From Candidatus Dojkabacteria bacterium (lineage in GTDB: Bacteria > Patescibacteriota > Dojkabacteria > J137): a DNA stretch of 64,000 nt. The notes beneath the pieces were generated by a model. It was given only the letters and a program-made list of their open reading frames with translations, searched no databases and had not been told where the DNA came from. Shown here in pieces: positions 19,029-26,592 of the stretch. The stretch's first letter is position 1. Every line of letters starts with the position of its first letter. Where the stretch lies: NCBI GenBank assembly GCA_025993875.1, contig JAMQHH010000013.1, positions 95,744 to 159,743 of the forward strand. Reading direction: 5' to 3'. The position numbers and the translations under genes were made by a program.

Positions 19029-19559
19029 CTAATTTAGGGAATCTCTCAGATTTTGCAAATCGGTTTTAATGGTCGTTCTAATAAAAGTAATTATATCGGC
19101 AGCTTTGTTTCTTGCCGAAATTAGGTTTTGCTGAGCTGCCTGAACCGCTTCTCTAAATTGTCCTTCGCTGTCACCGCATGCGTAGGTTTTTGCAAATTCT
19201 AGTTGTTCTATAACTTTGGTGTATGTTTGGGCAAATTCGATTATCATACTATCTAGCATTTTTAAATCTTCACGAAGTCCGGTAACGTCAATCCCTTGGG
19301 TTTCCAGTTTAGTTAATGTTTCGGCTATTTTATTTTTTATCTCTGTATATCTTTCTACATGCCTTTGCTTATTTGTATTGTAGCGATTAATTCTGTTATC
19401 GATATTAAGCGAAACTATTTCGCATCTGTTTTCGATAAACTGATTAAGCCTGTTTTGCGCATTTTCTTTTACGCTTTCGGCATTTACTTTTAATACAAAG
19501 GGAGATAAAGAGATAAAAGTAAGTAACACTAATGCCATGATATTGATTTTTCTTTGCAT
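19029..19559 (-). CDS. Hypothetical secreted coiled-coil protein
   Basis: Signal peptide MQRKINIMALVLLTFISLSPFVLKVNA, then a helical region. Confidence 0.3.
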   Translation of the reverse strand: MQRKINIMALVLLTFISLSPFVLKVNAESVKENAQNRLNQFIENRCEIVSLNIDNRINRYNTNKQRHVERYTEIKNKIAETLTKLETQGIDVTGLREDLKMLDSMIIEFAQTYTKVIEQLEFAKTYACGDSEGQFREAVQAAQQNLISARNKAADIITFIRTTIKTDLQNLRDSLN

Positions 19560-19633
19560 AGTTAAAATGAATAAAATATAAAATTGTTCTATAACTATGT
19601 ATTCGAAAGGGGGTTACAGGAGCTTCAGCTTTT

Positions 19634-19662
19634 TTGAATGATACACTGTTCTGGGTTATAAT
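19634..19662 (+). promoter_or_regulatory. Sigma70-like promoter upstream of tRNA-Ser(CGA)
   Basis: TTGAAT, 17-nt spacer, TATAAT. About 43 nt upstream of the tRNA 5' end. Confidence 0.4.
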
Positions 19663-19704
19663 GAGACGTAAATTTAAGTGGCTTTTGCTTTTTAAAAAGT
19701 TTAC

Positions 19705-19792
19705 GGAGAGTTGCCAGAGTGGTCGAATGGGCTCGTCTCGAAAACGAGTTTTCCGTAAGGAACCGTAAGTTCGAATCCTATCCTCTCCGCCA
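19705..19792 (+). tRNA. tRNA-Ser (anticodon CGA), class II with long variable arm
   Basis: GGAGAGTTGCCAGAGTGGTCGAATGGGCTCGTCTCGAAAACGAG...GTTCGAATCCTATCCTCTCCGCCA. Anticodon loop CTCGAAA. Confidence 0.85.
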
Positions 19793-19857
19793 GTTAGGAA
19801 ATGTCTTTATTGGATTAAAGTTTATTTTGGGCCAAAAGCGGGCTTTCCTCATTATTA

Positions 19858-20670
19858 TTATAATGGGCTTTTAATATTTTTTAATTTCGGATTGGTTACT
19901 TGTGTGTAGAGTTGCGTTGTACGGATATTACTGTGTCCGAGCAACTCCTGCACATAGCGAACATCAGTTCCGTTTTCCAGCAAATGCGTGGCAAAAGAAT
20001 GTCTAAGTGAATGAAAAGTTGCATCTTTTTTTACGCCCGAATCTCTCAACGCATTTTCAAAAACTTTCTGTGCTGTTCGTGTTGTCAACTTTCCGCCCCT
20101 TTCACTTGCAAAAACAAAATCGTTTCCTGCCTTCCCAGCAACTAAATTCTTCAAACTATCGGCCAAACTTTCGGGCACTACGCTTATTCGGTCTTTTTGG
20201 TCTTTTGCCTGTTTAATATGCACGGTTAATTCTTCAAAATCTAAATCTTGTACTTTTAGAGATACAACTTCACTTACCCGTAGTCCTGCTCCATAAGCGA
20301 GCGATATCAGCAGTTTATGCTTTGCATTTTTGAGCGATCCTAAAATTTTCCCGACTTCGCTTCGTGATAAAACAGTAGGTAAGCTCTTTGGTTTTTTAGC
20401 TGATTGAATTTCAATTTTTTGGTAATCTTTTCGCACATTACGGTAGTAAAACTTGATAGCACTCAAAAACAGATTTCTGCTCCCCGGAGAAATGTGTTTT
20501 TTTTCACAATTCAGCAAAAAATTACGAATATCTTCCTGATCAAGTTTTGTAAAATCATCATCTTTAAAAGAAAAATATTCTCGCAAGCCATAAAGGTAGC
20601 TTTTTATAGTTTGGGAGCTGAAATTTTTGATTTTTAGTTCGCGCTTAGTTTTATTAAGCTCTGTTTGCAT
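19858..20670 (-). CDS. Tyrosine recombinase (phage-integrase/Xer family), small form
   Basis: C-terminal catalytic region HSLRHSFATHLLENGTDVRYVQELLGHSNIRTTQLYTQV (R-H-R-Y constellation, nucleophilic Tyr in LYTQV). N-terminal SAM-like core-binding domain. 270 aa. Lies 66 nt from the tRNA-Ser 3' end. Confidence 0.85.
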   Translation of the reverse strand: MQTELNKTKRELKIKNFSSQTIKSYLYGLREYFSFKDDDFTKLDQEDIRNFLLNCEKKHISPGSRNLFLSAIKFYYRNVRKDYQKIEIQSAKKPKSLPTVLSRSEVGKILGSLKNAKHKLLISLAYGAGLRVSEVVSLKVQDLDFEELTVHIKQAKDQKDRISVVPESLADSLKNLVAGKAGNDFVFASERGGKLTTRTAQKVFENALRDSGVKKDATFHSLRHSFATHLLENGTDVRYVQELLGHSNIRTTQLYTQVTNPKLKNIKSPL

Positions 20671-20844
20671 AAATGTTTAAAATTTTTTATTATTAGTATA
20701 GTTTTTATACGATTTAAACTTATCATAATCTCGTATAATATACAAGTTTAGATTTAAATTATGAAAACATATCGCATAAAAACGAGTTATACGACATTTG
20801 AAAAAACAAACAATTTTAAATACTTAGCAATTTAAACTACTAAT

Positions 20845-21222
20845 ATGGGCAGTTTCATAGAAATAAACGACACATTACAAATATCTAAAGAACAAGGTTT
20901 TCCAGAAGTCTTGAATTATGAACAGCATAAAGCAAAGCCATTTACCGCTGATGATTTCAAAGATAAAATTTTTGAGTTCAAAGATAAACCAAAAGTTAGA
21001 ATCTATAAATTACCGCCTGTTCGTAATTTCCTTGTTCAAAATATTGATGGTAAATGGCTTTACTGGGGACTTGTCCATGTCATTGAAGTTGTTCACGACA
21101 ACATTAAGCAGACGACTTCTGGAAAATTCAAAATAATTTACATTTATACTCCCGAAGAAATGAAACATGCCCATAAGATGATAGATAGAAACAAAGATAC
21201 TGATTTTCTAAAAGTAATGTAG
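20845..21222 (+). CDS. Hypothetical protein
   Basis: 125 aa, no recognised motif. Confidence 0.3.
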   Translation: MGSFIEINDTLQISKEQGFPEVLNYEQHKAKPFTADDFKDKIFEFKDKPKVRIYKLPPVRNFLVQNIDGKWLYWGLVHVIEVVHDNIKQTTSGKFKIIYIYTPEEMKHAHKMIDRNKDTDFLKVM

Positions 21223-21491
21223 TTTAAATTGCTAAAATAATAATGAAGTTTGTTTTTTCAAACGCTAAAGGGGACGCTGCGCTTTCGCTTCACTGCGTTA
21301 CGCTCACCCTCGTATAACACAGTATATCTGGTTCGCCCCTCGGCTCGGGGCTCACCCATATTTTGCTCCAACTATTAAAATGATAAAATAAGGATGGAGC
21401 AAAACATCAGATATACTGAAACGTTATGTGTAATCCATTTTTGCCCTTATCTTTAAGAAAGTCTTTTATACTTAACTAATCTTTAATTAGT

Positions 21492-22043
21492 ATGAAAAAG
21501 AAATGTATAATAATTCACGGATGTCCTTCAAATTCCGATGATCCAACTTACAATAAACATTGGATTCCTTGGGCTAAAAAACAACTTATTGCAAATGGAA
21601 TTGAAACGGAAACTCCAATAATGCCTTCTCCTTGGCAACCTGACTATGACAAATTCAAATCAGAATTTGAAAAAATGAATGTTAATGAAAATACTATTTT
21701 GGTAGGTCATAGTTGCGGTTGTGCATTTTTAGTTCGTTGGCTTGGTGAAACTAAAACCAAAATTTTCAAACTTATTCTTGTTGCTCCTTGGAAAGTAAAT
21801 GATGAGGGAGATAGTTTTAGAGAAAAATTTTACACTTATGATATTGATAAAACTATCTCGGATAGAGCAACAAAAATTATTATGTTTACTGCTGATGACG
21901 AAGACCCTGAAGGGAAAGAAAGTTTGAAAATTTTTCACAATGCACTTGGCGGAGAAATTATCGAACTAAAAAGTCGAGGGCATTATACCCAAGGCGATAT
22001 GGGAACTGAGGAGTTTCCTGAATTAGTAAAACAAATTCTGTAA
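21492..22043 (+). CDS. Putative serine hydrolase of the YdeN/RBBP9-like alpha/beta-hydrolase family
   Basis: 183 aa. Nucleophile elbow ILVGHSCGC (GHSxG). Size and layout fit the small YdeN-type esterases. Confidence 0.55.
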   Translation: MKKKCIIIHGCPSNSDDPTYNKHWIPWAKKQLIANGIETETPIMPSPWQPDYDKFKSEFEKMNVNENTILVGHSCGCAFLVRWLGETKTKIFKLILVAPWKVNDEGDSFREKFYTYDIDKTISDRATKIIMFTADDEDPEGKESLKIFHNALGGEIIELKSRGHYTQGDMGTEEFPELVKQIL

Positions 22044-22747
22044 TAAGTTTGGCATCCGTGAATGACGAACTGGGCAAAAATGGACTTCTTCGCTTCGCTC
22101 CGAAAACGATTTATTATAAATTGAATAAATAAGAGAAATACTTATATAATAGAAATAACTGACATCATTATGAAAAATATAATAAAAGCGATAGAAAATT
22201 CATTACAGAACAAGAACTGGTATTCCGCCCTTGTTTTGTCTGTTAGAAGCTGAAAGATAAGCCGGTAAAGTATCCAATCCACAAGGGTCGCCTCTCTCGC
22301 AAGATAACAAATGAGTGCCGCGTAAAAGGCTGTATGGCTTACTTATTCGAAGTTTTTCTCAAAGAACGTTCAAGATTATCCTCAAAATATCAATTACCGG
22401 AAAGTAGCCAAGTGGAAGAAGGAGAGCAATATTTGATAACCGAGTGTCCAAGATAACGTCTACGTTTTATAGCTTTTAATAGCTCAATGCTTTATAATTA
22501 TGATAGTACTACACTTTTAAATAGAAGGTCACAAGTTTTGCAAAATATGATACCAGTATATAGGATGCTGTAACAATCTAAAAAGGAGATTAAAGCAACA
22601 TAACGGAGGGGAAAATGAATCAACAAAAAGATTTATACCATGGGAACTGGTATGTTACAAAGAGGTAGAAGAAAGAGAGGAAGCATACAAAGAGGAAAAG
22701 TTGGTAAAATCGTATAAGGGAGGAAACGCATTAAAAAAGATAATTAA

Positions 22748-22836
22748 AGGAGAGGTACCCAAGTGGTTGAAGGGGCGGGTTTGCTAAACCCGTAGTACAC
22801 GCAAGTGTAGCCGGGGTTCGAATCCCCGTCTCTCCG
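22748..22836 (+). tRNA. tRNA-Ser (anticodon GCU), class II
   Basis: GGAGAGGTACCCAAGTGGTTGAAGGGGCGGGTTTGCTAAACCCG...GGGGTTCGAATCCCCGTCTCTCCG. Anticodon loop TTGCTAA. Long variable arm. Confidence 0.85.
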
Positions 22837-22860
22837 AGCTTTTTGTGCAGAAAACTTAAA

Positions 22861-22932
22861 GCAGATGTAGTTCAATTGGTAGAACGCTTCCTTGCCAAGG
22901 AAGAGGTTGCGAGTTCGAGCCTCGTCATCTGC
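22861..22932 (+). tRNA. tRNA-Gly (anticodon GCC)
   Basis: GCAGATGTAGTTCAATTGGTAGAACGCTTCCTTGCCAAGGAAGAGGTTGCGAGTTCGAGCCTCGTCATCTGCT. Clean cloverleaf. Confidence 0.9.
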
Positions 22933-22954
22933 TAATAATCGTAGATAATATTCT

Positions 22955-23045
22955 GAGTTCATTCAATTGGTAGAACGTCTCGAAGCCATAACATGGCTTC
23001 TCGTGCCGCGGAAGAGGTTGCGAGTTCGAGGCTCGCCTGCCTGCC
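22955..23045 (+). pseudogene. tRNA-Gly-like degenerate copy. D-arm and T-arm are conserved, the anticodon region is replaced by about 30 nt, and the acceptor stem does not pair
   Basis: Shares TTCAATTGGTAGAACG and GGAAGAGGTTGCGAGTTCGAG with the adjacent tRNA-Gly. Between them lies TCTCGAAGCCATAACATGGCTTCTCGTGCCGC. I could not form a 7-bp acceptor stem. Confidence 0.35.
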
Positions 23046-23096
23046 GGAATGAAATGATCGTTGACAACCAAATTCCATTCCCTACTTTTTTTTTCG
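23044..23096 (+). terminator. Rho-independent terminator closing the tRNA cluster
   Basis: Hairpin CCGGAATGAAATG...AATTCCATTCC followed by CTAC and a T9 run. The T-run overlaps the KKK C-terminal codons of the convergent ligase gene. Confidence 0.5.
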
Positions 23097-24863
23097 TAAT
23101 TCGTACATTCTAATTATCTCTTTTACGGTGGTTGGTAGAAGTTTATCTCTCTTCCATTTCTTTAATCGCGGAAATCTTATAGATAGCCCTTTTACAGAAT
23201 TTTCGTCGTCAAATCCCGTTTTTATCCCAATAGCTGCTGTATGGGCAGGACTACGTGTAATTTCGTCGGCAATAATTTCGGCAATAATTTTGGGTTCTAT
23301 CCAGGTATCGGGGTATAACTGCTTATTCACAACAAAAATTTCTGGAATCTCTTTGACTTTAATTTCAAGTTTTCTCATATCGGTCAGCATGGTTTTCATC
23401 TCTTCTTCTTTAAATCCACTTCCTACTTTTCCAATACTGTAATACTTACCGTCATCTTCATTGAAGACGCCAACAAGTAAAGCTCCAAAACCAAACTGTG
23501 CTCTATCTCCTTTACCTCCATAAAACCCCATAACGGCAACATCAATTGTATCTACCATCTCAGCTTTTGCGTTGGCTTTTAATTTTATCCATTTAAAATT
23601 GCGGGTTCCTGGCTCGTAAATACTTTCACTGTCTTTTATAATTATTCCCTCTAACCCAGACTTGATATTTTTTAGGTAATACTCTTCCAGTTCTTCCGCT
23701 GTGGTTATCTCTTTCGTTTCGAGTATCTTTATGTTTTTTAGGTCTCCCTTTAAAATCTCATGTAATTTTTTTAATCGCTCTTTTAATTTAACAGATGTTA
23801 AATCTTCGCCGTTTAAATATAAAATATCGAAACACATTGCACATACTGGAATTGATTCCGCATGACCGGTAATTTCGTGCTTTCTTTTTCTTTTCATTGT
23901 TTCCTGGTATGTTCTATATTTATCCTGTTCAAAATTGAATCCGATAATTTCAGAATCTAAAATAATTGATTCTATATTAAGACTTTTAAGTTCTAAACAG
24001 ATCTCGGGAAATTGCATAGTCATCTCTTCCATATTTCTGGAAAAAATTTTAGCAATCCCGTTTTTAAAATGTAACTGCCCTCTAAGCCCATCCAATTTGG
24101 GTTGGACAATAGGGTTTGGCAGTCTTTCCCAAGACTTTTGTGAATCCAGCTCTCTTTCGACAAGTTTGGACGCAACGGGTGCAAATGGAGTTATTTCCAT
24201 CTTTTGAAATGATGTCAATAATTCCTCTTTGGAAAGAGTTTTTACCTGTTTGGCAATAAAACCAATGTCCGGCCTTTTACCATATGCCTTATCAAAAATC
24301 TCTCGAATAGATTTGTCTCCTGTTACATACCACGAAAACGCATCTAACAATGTTTTATCACTTAAGCCCAACCTTATGTTACCCTCAATAATTCTTGTAA
24401 CAAACTTAGCACTAAGGGAATCCAGCTTTTGTAAAAGTGCAATATATAGATTAATTTTTTGTTCTACCGATCCTTTGCCAGTACAATTTGCGATCTCTTC
24501 TAATTTTGAAAACACATCCCTTATGGTTAAATCCGCAGAGATGTTTTCCTTTATCAATTCCTCTGCAACAAGCCCGCAATCGCCCTTCTCCAGATAAAGC
24601 TTTTCAACTATGTTTTTTTCACCCGACAAAGGGTTTAAAAAGTCCAGGCGTAAGCTTAATGATCTTAGAATAAGCTTTTTAGAAAAATTAAACTCCAGTG
24701 GAACAAAAAGTGGAGCCAGTCTTCCTGTTAAAAGATATACGGCTTTCTCTATCTCATCTGAGTCGAGCTTTTTAATAAGCTCGGTCATTAGATAAGTCAT
24801 TTCTAACCTTTTAGGTGTGTTTTCTATTTTTTGCAAAAATTGGGCGAATTCGAAAAATTTCAT
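23082..24863 (-). CDS. ATP-dependent DNA ligase (Lig1/LigB-like)
   Basis: Adenylation motif I KLDGLRGQ (KxDGxR). OB and adenylation domain layout. 593 aa. Confidence 0.85.
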   Translation of the reverse strand: MKFFEFAQFLQKIENTPKRLEMTYLMTELIKKLDSDEIEKAVYLLTGRLAPLFVPLEFNFSKKLILRSLSLRLDFLNPLSGEKNIVEKLYLEKGDCGLVAEELIKENISADLTIRDVFSKLEEIANCTGKGSVEQKINLYIALLQKLDSLSAKFVTRIIEGNIRLGLSDKTLLDAFSWYVTGDKSIREIFDKAYGKRPDIGFIAKQVKTLSKEELLTSFQKMEITPFAPVASKLVERELDSQKSWERLPNPIVQPKLDGLRGQLHFKNGIAKIFSRNMEEMTMQFPEICLELKSLNIESIILDSEIIGFNFEQDKYRTYQETMKRKRKHEITGHAESIPVCAMCFDILYLNGEDLTSVKLKERLKKLHEILKGDLKNIKILETKEITTAEELEEYYLKNIKSGLEGIIIKDSESIYEPGTRNFKWIKLKANAKAEMVDTIDVAVMGFYGGKGDRAQFGFGALLVGVFNEDDGKYYSIGKVGSGFKEEEMKTMLTDMRKLEIKVKEIPEIFVVNKQLYPDTWIEPKIIAEIIADEITRSPAHTAAIGIKTGFDDENSVKGLSIRFPRLKKWKRDKLLPTTVKEIIRMYELRKKK

Positions 24864-25025
24864 ACATCGAGTATAGCATTATTGAGAATGTAGTGGATCG
24901 AGTGTTCACTACGTTCGCTCTTACCACTACATAGCCTTACGACAACATGATAAGAGCGAGCCCGCTATATCAGAATAACATCTTCAAACCTTATCCTTGA
25001 TTTTTAACCATGATACAATGTAAGC

Positions 25026-26585
25026 ATGACAAATTTTTACAAACGACCAAAACCTGTTATACTAATTATTATGGATGGAGTTGGAGTAGCACCTCCGGGC
25101 CCAGGTAATCCAATAACTCTGGCTGCTACATACAATCTCGACAAGTATTGGCCAATGTATCCGCATACTTATCTCGAAGCCTCCGGCTTGAATGTGGGTT
25201 TGCCCGAAGGAACGGATGGCAATAGTGAGGTTGGACATATGGCAATTGGCGCCGGTAGAGTTATTTTTCAGAATTTACCACGAATTGATAATGCAATTCA
25301 AAACGGCTCTTTTTTTCAAAATCCTCATTTACTGGCAGCATTCGAACATGCAAAAAAGAATAAATCGGCGGTTCATATTATGGGGCTTATTGGCACTGGG
25401 TTTGTTCATGCTTCTAACAATCACCTGGAAGCATTAATAAAACTGGCGTCTCTAAGCGGATATAACCCCGATAAGATTTTTTTACATCTTTTTACCGATG
25501 GCAGGGATTCTTCGCCCGAGGCATCTCTTGAAATTATTGAAAAGTTACAAACAATCTGTGCACAAAAAAAAATTGGCCATATTGCATCGGTTGTTGGAAG
25601 AGCCTATGCAATGGATAGAAACCGCAACTGGAAAAGAACAAAACTAGCATACGATATGCTAACCGGTGAATGTAAGAATACCACAACAAATATTTACAAA
25701 TACATTAAAGATTCGTATAGTAAAAATATTAAGGATGAATATCTCGAGCCCGTTTTGATTAATACCCCCGAGGTAGAAGAAGCATATGTTAAAGACAACG
25801 ACTCTGTAATCTTTTTTAATTTTCGCCCCGATAGAGCTGTACAACTAACTATGGCTTTTACCGATGAAAATTTTTCTTTTTTCGAAAAATCTAAACTTAA
25901 TAATCTCTATTTTGTAGGTATGACAGATTATGAAAATGGCTACCCAAAGATTAAAGCATTTCCTCCCGAGGAAATTTCCGAAACGATCGGGAAGGCTCTT
26001 TCCGATTCCGGGCTTAAGCAATTAAGAATTGCGGAATCCGAAAAATATCCGCATGTAACATATTTTTTTAACGGTGCTAAAAAAGATTTAAATCCGGGAG
26101 AAACATGGCTCGAGGTTCCTTCTCCCAAGGATGTGGCTACCTACGATCTGGCTCCCGCTATGAGCCAGGAATGGGTAACCAATATATTAATCGAAAAATT
26201 AAAAACAGATGAATTTGATTTTATTCTTGTTAATTTTGCTGCACCCGATATGGTAGCTCATACAGGTGTAATCGATGCCACAGTTAGAGCTATGGAGGTA
26301 TGTGATCAATGTGTGGGAAAAATTGTAGATGCAACACTGGAAAAAGGAGGGGCTGTTTTTATAACAGCCGACCACGGAAATGCCGAAGAGCTAATAGATT
26401 TAAGAACAGGTAAACCTGATACAAAACACTCTACAAACCCGGTGCCGTTTGTGGCAATTAAAGAGGGATTTGTATCCAGAGAATTGAGTGTTGGTGGTCT
26501 CACTGATGTTGCTCCAACCATTTTAAATACAATGGGCATACCAATACCTCCACAAATGACGGGCAGAGATTTATTGGCAAGTTAA
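25026..26585 (+). CDS. gpmI: 2,3-bisphosphoglycerate-independent phosphoglycerate mutase
   Basis: N-terminus VILIIMDGVGVAPPGPGNPI. 519 aa. Alkaline-phosphatase-like core with C-terminal ..ITADHGN.. motif. Confidence 0.9.
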   Translation: MTNFYKRPKPVILIIMDGVGVAPPGPGNPITLAATYNLDKYWPMYPHTYLEASGLNVGLPEGTDGNSEVGHMAIGAGRVIFQNLPRIDNAIQNGSFFQNPHLLAAFEHAKKNKSAVHIMGLIGTGFVHASNNHLEALIKLASLSGYNPDKIFLHLFTDGRDSSPEASLEIIEKLQTICAQKKIGHIASVVGRAYAMDRNRNWKRTKLAYDMLTGECKNTTTNIYKYIKDSYSKNIKDEYLEPVLINTPEVEEAYVKDNDSVIFFNFRPDRAVQLTMAFTDENFSFFEKSKLNNLYFVGMTDYENGYPKIKAFPPEEISETIGKALSDSGLKQLRIAESEKYPHVTYFFNGAKKDLNPGETWLEVPSPKDVATYDLAPAMSQEWVTNILIEKLKTDEFDFILVNFAAPDMVAHTGVIDATVRAMEVCDQCVGKIVDATLEKGGAVFITADHGNAEELIDLRTGKPDTKHSTNPVPFVAIKEGFVSRELSVGGLTDVAPTILNTMGIPIPPQMTGRDLLAS

Positions 26586-26592
26586 CCAACCC

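Noticed and set aside
22044-22747. tmRNA or RNase P RNA in the ORF-free region
   Set aside because: No tRNA-like 3' end (GGTTCGA..CCACCA) and no tag-peptide reading frame for tmRNA. None of the conserved RNase P P4/CR-I motifs (GGAAAGTCCGG / AGGGTGAAA) are present. Frameshifted protein-coding remnants fit better.
22744-22962. 72-aa minus-strand ORF
   Set aside because: Overlaps tRNA-Ser(GCU) and tRNA-Gly(GCC) on the opposite strand. The Arg/Gly-rich translation is an artefact of GC-rich tRNA sequence.
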